Positions 13,967-26,344 of a stretch of 64,000 nt of DNA are shown in pieces. A model generated the notes under the pieces. It saw nothing but the letters and a program-made list of their open reading frames with translations. It ran no database searches and was not told the DNA's origin. Where the stretch lies: positions 22,380-86,379 of the forward strand of contig JALDTO010000300.1 in the NCBI GenBank assembly GCA_023515725.1, given 5' to 3'. Source of the stretch: Amoeboaphelidium protococcarum X5 (Eukaryota > Fungi > Aphelidiomycota). A program made the position numbers and the translations under genes. The number at the start of each line of letters is the position of its first letter. Position 1 is the stretch's first letter.

Positions 13967-14251
13967 AATTATTATTATTTAGGATATATCTGGATAATTC
14001 CTATAAACTGTTAAAGAGTAGATGATGATGAATATGAAAAAGAATCATTATCATCAGTGCCAAGTGAGGGTAGCACAAGCTTTGTGACCCCTGATTTTCA
14101 GTTCAGCTTAAATCGGATTGATTTCCTCTTTGGCGCGTGTCTCTCCTAAAGAGCATCAGGCCGTTTCACAGATGCCGCGTGTGTTTGAAGTACTGTAAAG
14201 ACGCGTTTCACTATTCTCTTTCTCTTTCATAAACTAACAGCTACCAATAAA

Positions 14252-17156
14252 ATGACGCTCACTAATACCTTGACAAAATTAAAGGCCAAGTCCAAGTTAT
14301 CTTAACGTGACAAGTCAGACTTGGATGACAAGTAAGGTGACAAATACCTTAAAGTTTCAGTTTTATATACGTGTTTGTAGACTGAATGCCTTCTTATCTG
14401 ATTACAAAGTACGTGATTCTGTATGAACAGTATATCAACAATTTACTGACGTGTCATGTGTAGCCTGATCAATGTTCTGATATTTGCTCATGTCTGCAAT
14501 CCTGTTACAATAACATTAAATCAGAAGTTTCATAATTGGTAGGATTGAATGCATGTTCATGCAATTGTTAACTTTGTCTTTCTGTGTAGTTGTCCTCAGA
14601 GATTGCGTCTGGAAGTGCGCGGATGTCGTGTTATCATTTCGCAACGGTACGTTTTCTGATTTGATCTGAAACGGTTTCAAATTTTGATCGCGTTATGTGT
14701 AGGCCGTGATCGATGCTGATTGCTTGGACAAGGTTTAGTTTGGTAAATAATGTCTCAGAGCTTTGTTGAAAGAGTTCTCTCTCAATTCTAGAGATGTCTA
14801 TGATTATCGTGTGATGGCGCGTCTAGTCATTTCATTGATGAGCAAGTGTCCCGAGAACAAGATGTTGGTTCGTGACAATGTGGCTGTCGTGTCTTCTGGT
14901 CTTTCTTTGGCTCAAGACTGGGAGTTGCAATCGTCTCTTTTGGAAGTTCTGTTTAGAGCTTGTCCAAAGAGTGACAGCTCAAAGTAGTCTTTTATTACCA
15001 CTCTACTTCAAGGTTGTGGACTGGCTCCTTCTGAATTCAAGTTTAATGCCTTGCTGAATGCCTTTGCTAAATTAAACTCTGACAGATTTCACTTGGAATA
15101 TAAGTAGGTTCTGCTTTTGCTGAATGAAAATGACGAGTCTTTGGAATTGCAGAGATATCCTCTAGCTCTATCTGGATATGCCTGGAGTTATGGTAGTGGA
15201 CGAGGTGATTTTACTGAGGAGACTTGCTCTTCCATGTACTTCATCTTTAATCGGGACTGTATGAGTCTAATAATTGAGAAGGATGGTGATGAACGCGTCT
15301 TGGAGATTCCGTATCAAACCGTTCTTGGCTGGGAAGTGATGATGGACACTACCGATAGTTGTACTTTGTAATTGAGATTGGCGGAGTCTGTGATCTCTTT
15401 GGATGGCAATTAAACCAACCTGCCATAAGTCATCTCAGTGAAACTAGTGCAGAATTAATCCCGACCTCCCAAGAAGCTGATTCATCACGTACTGACATCC
15501 AAGAACATTTTGCGTCAAAGAGTCTCAGTAGCCTTGGGTCACATTAATGCTGGAGGAGATGCTCAAGTGAAAAGTCATAAGACCAGTGTTGTCTCTTAGA
15601 GCATATACCTCCCTCCACCTAATGTGGCAAAATCAGTCGCTACTTCATTTGTCGCAAACTCTGTTGATTCTATCTCTTAGCCTTCGATCTAGCCATCAAA
15701 AGAAGAACATTAGTCTGATGAAATCACGTCTTTTCCTACATAAGACTAGTAAGAAACCAAATACCCTGCATAATCCAAAGATCAAGATCCAATTTCTAAA
15801 ACTCCTTTCAATCACAAAGCTCACAACTAAGATGTGCACTCTGGCAAGAATGACAAGTCGGAGGTACAATAAAAGTAATAACGGGATGTGAGAGATGAAT
15901 TTATGCTTCCTGAGACGAAAGAGAACATTCTGGTGTCAAGAGCTTCCACTGGCAAGTAGCGCAAAACTTATCGTAAGAGTCTGAGCGAGAAGAAGGCAAA
16001 GAAGTAGTATTAAGACATGCAGGCCACGAAAGTTCATTAAGCTGTGGATAAGACAACAACTGATCTTAGTGATGACGAGGACGATGTTAAGCCTACCTCG
16101 TTGGCGTCTTCGTACATGTCGCGTAATTCCAAGGGTAAGTAGAGCTCTCACAAAAGTGCTTTGAGATCTACTGAAGTTAAGCCAGCTCCTATGGAAAATT
16201 AAATTAATACACTCTCGAATGGGCCAGAGTAACAGAAATCTCTGACATCTCTGTCCTCATTGTCTTCAAGTGAACCTGACTCTGAGGTTGCGAATGAAGG
16301 TAATCCGATGAGTCCTGATGGAGTTGCAAGCATCTCGTCTGTGTCATCTGTGAAACCGCACAAGAGCACGAATTCTTACGTGCCAGATGTTACGAGTAAA
16401 GAGAGAAAGAGGGCTCGTGCTGATGTAGAATCGTCATCATATATTGGAGATTTAGCTACGGCTAAGAATCAGAAGAAGACTGCTAACAAACCAGCTACTC
16501 CAAACTTTCAGCATTCAAAGCGTGCGGGTTTTGATGCAAATATTGGTCGTGATAATAATGGTCTGCATATGCTGCAAGACATTAACTTTGATTTTATTCC
16601 AAAAGTGTCAGAAATGCAATTTCTTCCTCAATCTACTCCATTACTTGATGATGTGGGAAAGAAGCCGAGATTATCTGGTCAGTTGTAGACCGCTGCGCCA
16701 AATGAGAGTTATGAACTTTAGCAGGTACACCACAAGTCTCATCGCCATTCAATGGTACCTAGTCTGTCAATGGATGATCCTGGATTGAGTGTTGACATTG
16801 ATGCTGTTTGGCACAAGGACTATACAGATATTAAGAGTAGCATTGGTGTACAGGGTGACAAATCTTTGCAGCACGCTGAGAATCAGATTGTGAAAGCTTT
16901 TAAGGATTTGAGCAACAACGCTCTGAAGCAAATGAAAGCGGAATGCACGCAATATCAAGACATCATTGTAAAGTTCCGTGCTAATTAAGCCTTAATATTT
17001 AAGAAGAAGGTTGATTCTGTCGCCGCTCAGTCTAACGCCTCTATTGAGTAGGTATAGATGAAGCACTTGAAGTAGTTGAATGATCCATACTCACAATTGG
17101 TCCGTGATATCAAGCGTATGCATGCGAAGGCGGAGAAGAACCAGATTTGTAACTGA
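14252..17156 (+). CDS. SYCP2/Rec10/Red1-like meiotic chromosome axis protein (ARM-like + PH-like N-terminus, disordered middle, C-terminal coiled coil); several short 5' introns
   Basis: AQDWELQSSLLEVLFRAC and AFAKLNSDRFHLEYKQVLLLLN resemble the SYCP2 ARM-like signature (AGDYxLQ..EALCR; AFxxIxxxxFExxCRxFLN). A Ser/Lys-rich linker and ~100-aa coiled coil follow, ending TGA 17154-17156. Confidence 0.6.
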
Positions 17157-17221
17157 GATTAACAAATGGTGAAAGCAAGTGATATAACAATGGTTTTTTA
17201 AGTTCATAGACAATGTGATCA

Positions 17222-18838
17222 TCATCTCTTTTTGCCCTTGGATACCTTCTACTTTCTCTTTTTCACTGCTTTGGGCATCTTAACGAGACGCCTCTCACGC
17301 TTGGCCTCTTTCACGGCCTTCTTGTTCAACTTCCTTGCTTCTTTCACTTACTCTGCAGTCGGTGCACTTACATAATCAAAATGCTTCGCTTTCATATCAT
17401 CTCCCGATTCAATGTCACTTTCAGAGTCTGATCGAGTGCAGTTATCGTCATCCTCCTCCTCCTCCCCTTCACTGTCGCTACAAGAGTATTCTGACGAATA
17501 AAGAGTATCTGAGTCCGAGTCGCTGTCTGAAGCATCCACCAGGTCCTCGCCCATCACTTTGGCCAATAAATCCTACTAATTCTACTTTGGAAGAACTATA
17601 CCACAAAAGTTTTAGTACGATAACGCGTCGACACCTTACTCCTTTGCTTTATTGATCTCCTTCTCCACATTCACTATATCACCTAATGTACGTGGAATGT
17701 AACTTTTTAGAAATACTTGATCAGATTCTGCATCATCACCTTCCAAACCGCTTCTAGATTTACGGCGCTCAATGTGCTACTAAATAAACGACTCCATCAA
17801 ATCATCAAAATCAGTACCATCAAAAGCAATACCGCCAGCTAGAGATAGTTGACTTAGAGTCACAAAATCAAATAATTCTCTCAGACTAAACATATGTTCC
17901 ACTCCTTATTTACTAAAGAACTCACAAACATTAACGCAGTCTTTACGCAGAAACTCTAGAGAATTGGGATGATCATGCTCCACCGACTGAGACACGTCAA
18001 TCATGTAAACTACGCCTTCATGTACAAGTAGATTGTACTCGCTCAAGTCGGCGTGCACCAGTCTACACTACTAAAATAGCTTTCGCATCTATTTGACCAC
18101 CTGCCAGTAGAGTGCAGTTGCCAGCGGTTGATCCAACTACGCATCTTTCAATCTAGGAGCAGCAATACCAGACTAGGTGCCTACAAAGGTCATCACCAGA
18201 ACGTGACCTTTCAACACGAGTGGTTCAGGCGACGGGATACCACAGCTATTCAACCTCTTCAAATTTCTAAACTCCTTCTCTGCCCAGACTTTGACCATCT
18301 TACGAGGATTGTGCTTGCTATAACCAGACTTGAATCTATGCTCACCCGTGACATAGCGATCGCGATCTTTGAACGTGAGGATGGAAGTTTTATAAATTTT
18401 TATCGCTCTCTACTGACCACACTCAGTCACGGCATGGTACACGTTGGCCTCTTTGCCAGTACTCACACAGCCATTAATCTCGAATAGATCGTTCTTGTTG
18501 AGCATCTTAAAGAGGATCAGACGCGTCCTCGGATCCAGACATTGCTCCACCGTGGCTCTATCCGATTTATCGACAATTCTCCTATCTTACTGAGATATAT
18601 CAGACTTTTCCAGATAGTTTCTAGCAGAATGCGATAGATTGATCCTGTTCATGTACTTGCTCTCCAACGCCAATGTCTCGCTGTCATGATGCTTATAACT
18701 CTTGTTATGGAACGCGATATCATCTTTGCCATCAGCAATTTACGCCTTGCTCATCTTTGCCTACGTTTATTCCAACTCATCATCATAATCGCTCTCACAA
18801 TCACTGAAATTATTCAACTATTTATTCTGATTGACCAT
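17222..18838 (-). CDS. RIO1: RIO1 atypical kinase (40S maturation), 538 aa
   Basis: [62 protein letters not shown], Lys-rich tail MPKAVKKRK. Confidence 0.96.
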
Positions 18839-19252
18839 GGTATGATAAGTGTTTAAGCAAAGTATGTTACTCTACCAGGATGAAGAGTGAAAATCAATCA
18901 AAGCGCGACAAAGTATATCATTGCCAGCGTAACTCGATCAACTTCACTAAACAAGGACAAGTACGCTATTGAAACGCATCACTAAGATGAGATAATTAAT
19001 GTGAAAGTCTTCTTTGAGTATCGGAGTTAAAATACTAAACATTACTGTATATAAAACATTTACACATATATTACCCATGAACCGCGTCTATTAGAGACGT
19101 TGACTGTCTGTCCAGTAATGAAGATTGAGGCGTTAGCGAGTGATTGATGATCAGGATTTCGTCGCCTCTATTCTTATAAGGATATTAAAGGAATTATGAT
19201 ATAAAATATAAAAATAATAGAACTTTATCATCTAGAATTGAGGTTTCCAGGC

Positions 19253-19900
19253 TTGACTATAGTCTTCCAGTAACACAGCTTATTCAGTGTCGTCAACATC
19301 TTCCGATGTGTGCACTGAACTTGCTATCATGAGCCTCAGCGAGAATCTTCTCTCTCATGGCTGCAAATCTTCGCACGACCCAGATTTGTCAATCATCAGT
19401 AGTCAACCATCAGCTAAAAGACGGTAATTCGTGTACAATGTCACAATTAATGGCAGCCGTAGCGCAGCTCTATCTGGAATAGTCTCTCGTCCTCTCTGCT
19501 GTATACGTTGTTGCTCGCGCAGATGTTGTCTCTGCCTCAGCACTCTCTTTCTTCTTGAGCACAAATTCTTCCGACTTCATGCTATTCTCCTTAAGCCTAC
19601 AGCCTTGCAGAGCGTCTTGGCGGCATTGCTGATAAAAATTGATTTTTTGACACCAAAACGGGATTGCATTATGATTTCATCCCACACAGTGATTTTGTAA
19701 GACAGCATTTAAGTATAGGTCGAGCCATGACCATTTTCATTAAACACTCGTTAAAGCATCGATTACCAGCAACAAGCTTGACTATGGTGTCTCTGATGAA
19801 TTAAAGGTAATCTTTACTAACGGTAACTTTATGAGTTTAATGTTATGGTGGTACTGCAACTGTTAATCAGCACGTTCAGCCTCCAATAAGCGCCCCTCCA
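19253..19900 (-). mobile_element. Degenerate Ty3/Gypsy LTR-retrotransposon pol fragment (integrase zinc-binding N-terminus, possible RNase H end)
   Basis: QIWV..MREKILAEAHDSKFSAHIG, then after a frameshift KMLTTLNKLCYWKTIVK, matching gypsy integrase LRxxILxEAHDSxxxxHxG..KTxxxLxxxYYW. TGA stops flank it; a weaker DTIVKLVAG..DALT match lies upstream. Confidence 0.6.
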
Positions 19901-20315
19901 TTATCTCGGAAGCAGTTCATAACTTGCCTAATGCAGCCCAATACTTTCAACAGGCATGGATCTTTGGAATATGCATTTTCAAGTCTAAGCCAAATTTCGT
20001 CTCGTCCAAAAGCGGTATGTAGGTAACAAAAAGAAATACCAGAGACACACCTTACCCCTACTGTATGTGGGAGAACTAAAAATTTGAATCAGATCAGCCT
20101 TCACCGTAGCGCCGAAAGAGAGAGAACGAATCCAGCTGATAACATCCAGTTCAAAGCAAATCTAAAACTAGTCCGCAACTAGACGCGTTTTAGATGTAAG
20201 TACTGTAAATGAAAGGTTAAAAGATTATAAATATTTCTTGTATTATTTCAACCTGAAAACCCAATGATATTAGTAATAATTATGACGATTATGAAAAAGA
20301 TCTATTGCGATACGA

Positions 20316-21158
20316 TCAGCTGACCATAGCAGAAGCAGTGGAGCTCTCATACTTCCACGTTGGAGGCAACTGACCGGAAGTCTTGTAATAACGAGACAGA
20401 CGGTGGATCTTGCTCTCAATCAAAATCAGACGGAACTTGGAATCCTTATCCTTACGATTACGCTCCAAGTGCTTGCGGACACTCACAGCCTTCTTGATCA
20501 AGTGGTACAGATCCTCTGGAATCTCTGGAGCAAGTCCTACAAAACAAATGATTATAGATGTTAATATAGAATGTTATTAGTATAAGTATGAGCATGTTAA
20601 GACTTACCGCTAGACTTTAGGATACGCACAATCTTGTTACCAGTGACATTCTTGACCTGAGGAATTCCGTGTTGGTCACGCAGCAGAACACCAATCTGGG
20701 ATGGAGTCAGACCTTTACGAGCCAACTTACGGATCATGTCAACCACCTCCTCATTGGTCACCTTGCTCCATGACGGAGGAGTGCGACGGTAAGGCAAAGC
20801 AGAGTCAGAGATACCCTTTCTACAAGAATCGAAAATACACCGAGGATATAATCAGAATCTATTATAATCATCATAAATATTCAGAGATACACTGAGCGGA
20901 ATCAGAAACACACACACTATATACAAGTGTGTACTGAACTCATATGCACTCACAACTAATTAGTCATCAACATCTAAAATATTATTAGAAGTACGCGCCA
21001 TTAGGGTACTACTAATACGATAGTATGAGGAAGAAGTTGGGCATCAGTAGAGACGCGTCTTGACTTACAAAGAGCACCAGCTAGTGCCCCATTCCAACTC
21101 AATGTATCTCTGAATAAATAAATCACAAGTCTTACCCACGATTTTGCATACGACCCAT
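20316..21158 (-). CDS. RPS13: 40S ribosomal protein S13 (uS15); introns 20820-21135 and 20537-20607
   Basis: MGRMQNRG|[68 protein letters not shown]. Confidence 0.98.
20878..21116 (-). repeat. Intronic inverted repeat (~25-bp stem; arms 20878-20902 and 21091-21116) in RPS13 intron 1
   Basis: TATTCAGAGATACACTGAGCGGAAT versus ATTCCAACTCAATGTATCTCTGAATA. The mismatches read as G-U pairs on the transcribed (minus) strand. Confidence 0.85.
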
Positions 21159-21407
21159 TTTGACTGATTATTATATTAATCTTTTTAATGCTGTATATAA
21201 CTGTAAGAAACACTGTGAAAAGGCGAGGGAACGCGTGAAGAAGAAAATAGTGATAAAACTGTCTGCAACCTTAACCGGAAAGCGCGTCATTCAGCGAGAC
21301 GCGTCAGAGCGAATGGTGGCAACAAAATGCTTGGACTTATGAGAGGTGGTGCAATAGTGAAAAGAACTAGCAAACTTTATTAATTGTAACAACAACAACA
21401 ACTTCGA

Positions 21408-23045
21408 TCAAATGTCAGAGATTTCATGGTATCCGTACTTTTACACCTAATAATAATTTCGCGCTATATCGTAAATTAGCTTGATTACAACTATAACCGC
21501 TACATAGATTGAGAATACGATAACAGCATCTTGCATCTTGAATTAGAACTGCGTTGCTTTTCCCCGAAACTTGAAAGCGTACGGCACCTAGCCTTAGTAT
21601 TCAATATTCTTCTGCATATCCAGTAATGTCTATATTGCCGAATCAGATACCGATCGATTGCCGCCCTGGATATAGTTACCGACCATAACTGATTTGCTGT
21701 GTGTCTGCAACAAGTGCTTGACTTGCGACATGTTGAGAGATGAATTTGCCTATAACATCTGTGCGACAATTCCAACAACGACGGGGGTGGCCATCGATGT
21801 GTCACTCAACTTGCCATAATGATCATTGCGCGGCCTGTAGGCACTCAAGATCTTCTCACCGGGAGCATAAATATCCACACACTTGCCATAATTCGAGAAG
21901 GAGGAACGCGTGCCAGATGCTCCAATACTTCCGACAGTAATGGCATGCTCACTCAGCGCGGGACTCTGAGTACAAGCATCTTTATTGTTATTACCAGCGG
22001 CGACAACGGTAATGATGTTCTTCTTCTCCTTGAGCAATAACAACGCCTTGTCTAATGCCGAGTGTTGATTACTAACCGGAGAGCCGAGGGACATGTTGAT
22101 TATGGCGCGTTTACCCTCATGATCATGCCTATAAATTGCATCTAATGCGGCTAATACTTCCGAATTATCACCCTATCCAGATTTCCCAAGCACTTTTGAT
22201 CCATAAAGAAGAACATTTTTAGACAGGCCAACAGTCTCACCTCCAATTGTTCCCGCGACGTGTGTACCATGACCATTACAATCAACCAGAGTTTAATCAC
22301 AGTCATCTTTATACTGATCAGACACAAAGAACATTGACGCCCTGCCTCCAAACTGCTCATGATGAACATTGATTCCAGTATCAACAACGTGTACAATAAC
22401 ATCATTACCAGTCATTGCATAACGATAGAAATAAGGATCAGCTAATGAGAAGTCTCTTCCCTAAACTTTCGACAGATGATAAGTGTCATCTCCAATGTAT
22501 TGGAAGTGGCGATGTACAACTCTCTTGAGACAATCATCCGGACTCTGGCAACCCTAATCTACAGAGTCGTTATAATTGAACTCTACAGGCATGAATTAAC
22601 GGACACTTTAAATACTACGAAGAACACGCTCCGCATGACTCTATTTAAGATCTTTATGCACTTTCAATATCTAAATCTGACCATCGAATAATTATTGCAA
22701 CTTGAAAGCATTTTCACTTCTGGACTCTCCCAAGCCAAATAAGTAGATCGCATCAGAGCGTACAAAGTAGGGCCCCGACGGATTAATCAGCACAGAGGCA
22801 ATAGCTCTCTACAAATCATAGATGTTTCTTTCCGATTGCCAATGATTCGCAGTGTATATAAGAGAGTAGTAACCATCTTTGTCAGGTGCAGAGAGCGTTG
22901 CCTTCGGGAATTTATGATGATCATCCTTGTCGCCTCGGACACCAAAATAGCCGAGAGTGGAGGAGTAATCTCGCAATTTTATGATATCCAACGCCAAAAT
23001 CTATTCAATAAGACAGTATATAGCAATTACAAGCAATGAGATCAT
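21408..23045 (-). CDS. Subtilisin-like S8 (proteinase K family) serine protease with signal peptide, prodomain and C-terminal TM helix, 545 aa
   Basis: MISLLVIAIYCLIEQILA signal; catalytic motifs VVDTGI, DCNGHGTHVAGTIGG, VAAGN, LSDTSMATPVV; hydrophobic VIVFSIYVAVIVVIKLIY followed by tail ..GYHEISDI. Confidence 0.9.
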
Positions 23046-23435
23046 TTTAAATTATTCAATAGATTTTGAATTTATTAATTTGAATACAACAGGAAGCGAA
23101 ATGGCAAAGTCCGACACTCTTTAATATCAGACAATTGCCCCCCTGATTGTCTGGCCTCGTTCATTTGTCAGAAGAGAATAAGTAACAGTGAGCATCTTCA
23201 CGCGTTATTACCTGTCTACAACTGCAATATGTTGCCATCAGATTTCTGGGGCGCCATCAAGTTAAATATGGACGATAGATAGATACTTTAGAGACGGACA
23301 TGCAAACCTCCACAATTGAGTTTGTCCAGTGAATTTGAGTGTTGATATTGAGGATGAGCCAATTGCAACAATCCACAATTAGCAAAAATTACTAAAACAA
23401 CCGATGATCAATTAGAGTAATAATATTTATTCATT

Positions 23436-25001
23436 TCATTTAGTTGTGTGCTTAGACTTGGCCTTCTTGACTGCTTTGTCGGCACCTTCACGCTTGCCGT
23501 AGCCATAATTCTCCAGCTGTCCCTTTTAGTTGGGGTCCTTCAAACGCTCAAATGCCTGAATGGCGCGATCTCTTGCCATTGAATGATCAACAATTTTTGG
23601 GTAATATCCAATCTCCTGAATCTTCTTCATACCTAAATGCTTTTGTGGATCATGGATAGCATTATTGTCAGAGATGCATCTCAACTCTGGGATCCACTTG
23701 CGGATGTAATCACCATCGGGATCGAATCTCTAAGCCTATAACAGCGGATTGAAGACTCTGAAGAACGGCTAACCATCGCAGCCTGTAGAAGCTGACCATT
23801 ACCAGCCACCATTATTGGACGCCAAGTCGCAATCAATCAGATTCTGAGAAAAATACTTCTCTCCCAACATCCAATTGTGCAGCAGATCCTTCACCAGAAA
23901 TGACGCCACAATCATTCTGCATCTATTGTGTAGCCATCCAGTCTAATTCAGTTATCTCATAGCGGCATCCACTATCGGATAGCCAGTCTTACCTTGACAC
24001 CATTTCTCGAATGTCTTTTCATCGTACAGCCATTCTACACGCTCAGTCTCTAATCTGAACGGTCGGTTCATACTTACACGCGGAAATGCAACCAGAACGT
24101 GGCGGAAGAACTCTCTCCACACCAGCTCCTGAATCCAGTGCACAACTCCATCATTACCACTATCAAAAGAGTCACCATTACGAGACATGGCCTCCACAAT
24201 ACATTATTTGTTAGACAGCACCCCAATCGCCAGATATGGGCTGAGACGACTTGTACTAGGCTCCCCAGGGAAATCACGTCTCTTCTTATACACTTCAATG
24301 CGCTCATCGCCAAACTTCTTCAATCTCTTTTACGCCTCACTCTCACCAGCTGGAAACTCCTTCAACAGTGTCGAACGCAGCTCTTTATCCAACGCGAATC
24401 CAGGCAAACTATCCGGCACACCATCTGGCTTGATGTCAGTCTGATTCTTGAATTTATCAACAGTGAAAACATCCAAAAGATGCTGATTATCATACACATA
24501 CTACTACCATGCTTTACGAAAAGGTGAGTATACGGAGAACATAGTATCATTAGATTTGCTCCGTAAAACACCAGGTGGGACAACAATCTAATCATCAAAA
24601 CGACTCACTTATACTCCAGCAGAAGATAACATGTTCTCAGCCTTTGCATCGCGCCTGTGCTCATCGATTTCATACTGGTTATTAAAAAACAGGTGGCCAA
24701 TATCAAGCTTGCTAACCAGCGATTACAAATGGTCAAAGACACCAGATTTGGTTTCAGCTATACGAACAAGAAGCGGAATATTGAAACTGGTGTACAGCGA
24801 CTAAGAGAGAATCTTCAAATTACGCAACATAAAGTCCACTTAATGTGGGGATCTATCATGCTACTTATCTTCCTCTGGAGACATAATGACGCATGCAAAA
24901 ACATTAGCGGAGTCCTTTTTAGCCTTGGACACTGCATGATATAGAGCAGGATTATCCGCGATCCTCAGATCATTGCGAAACCAAACCAAAACATTCTTCA
25001 T
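23436..25001 (-). CDS. PHR1: Class I CPD DNA photolyase, 521 aa
   Basis: [91 protein letters not shown]. Confidence 0.95.
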
Positions 25002-25350
25002 ATTTACGTGTGAATTATATAAACTATTCACTAAGAGTAAACTATTGAAATGAAAAGCAAAGAGAAAAGAGAGGGATACGTAATAACAAATGCAATAATG
25101 ATCACTTTCCATTACAATGACGTCAGATCAACACAAACGAAGTTCCAGCGCGTTGGCTTTCAGTTTCAGGTCGTCGCGCAATTTGGTTTGATCAACTTTG
25201 CCCATTTGAGGCAATGATAGCGTATACGGATAGAACATCAAACCCTGTTAACTATAAAAAACCAGTTTACAGAGGGGGAGAGACGGACTTGTGATTTGAG
25301 AGTCTGTTTAAGTACACTTGGATTCAGAGAGTACTGGTTACGGGCGCGGA

Positions 25351-26092
25351 TCAGCATTGATATTGATGCGTTTAGAATCCATAGACCGACTTTGTATCTA
25401 TGAAGATGCATGTGAGGATTAAGCCTTGTGCCTCTTGTTATGTGAATCTAATGATAAGGGCCTAACATCGGTTCTCTTTTATGACTCGACGTGTGTAAGT
25501 ACGGGCATACTTTGCGGATTATTATGCTCTATCTCTACGTGTTATCGCATAAACTGCGAATCGCCTAATAATATACGCACACGTAGTCGTTTATTCCATT
25601 TATACGCAGGCGGCAATTACTTTCTATCCCAAGTCTTCTGCAGCTGTACCACTTGTTCATTTCTCGCGTAATACAGCCCAATACCTTATTTAAACTCGCG
25701 CATTCCAACGATAACGCCGTGTTGTGAAAACAGATCGAACCAAGTGTCCACAGGCTCATCGCGAGGCAAATCTGTAATCTCACATTTAGGTAGCTTCCTT
25801 AAAATCGCATTATCAAAAGCCACAGTCAGCACATTGTCTTGGTATTTAAATCCATCATACTATTATATAGCGTTGTAAGCCTACAGTACTTCAAGGGAGC
25901 GAGCGATACACATATGATATATTCCTAGAATGATCCATGATATCTTACCATACTAAATGAGTCAAATCCAACACAGGCTTCCACATAACTTTGACTTGCG
26001 CGTATTGTGCATCTAAGAGCATTGTTATTGAACAGGTCCATCACATTTTGACGCGTTGTTGTCAGCGGCAAATTCTTTATGAAGATATTCAT
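25351..26092 (-). CDS. RRM-containing RNA-binding protein (divergent, probably two RRMs; one intron ~25880-25948)
   Basis: MNIFIKNLPLTTTRQNVMDLF (RNP2-like), ACVGFDSFSM|AYNAIQQYDGFKYQDNVLTVAF, then ITDLPRDEPVDTWFDLFSQHGVI; the 3' end is less certain. Confidence 0.6.
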
Positions 26093-26344
26093 CACTGTCC
26101 GTCAGCCCGATTATAACATAAAGTCTAAACACTTGTAAAAAATCATAAAAGAGATATAAAAATTATAAAACCATAGCATACACCGTAAGAACAAGTGGCA
26201 ACAATAAACGAAATTAAAACCACTTAAAAATTGCACAATATTCCCCAGACATTTATAAACTACAGCATAGACTATATATATATTCGATTTGTAAGAAAGT
26301 TATTCTTCGTAAGGTGCACCGTTAATCTTTGTAATATCATTATA

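Noticed and set aside
19540-19627. Short minus-strand ORF starting MPPRRSARLQ
   Set aside because: It stops after ~29 codons and lies within the decayed retrotransposon region; not supported as a gene.
24535-24610. GTGAGT donor-like sites suggesting an intron in photolyase
   Set aside because: The frame reads through as conserved photolyase sequence ([21 protein letters not shown]) once TAA=Gln.
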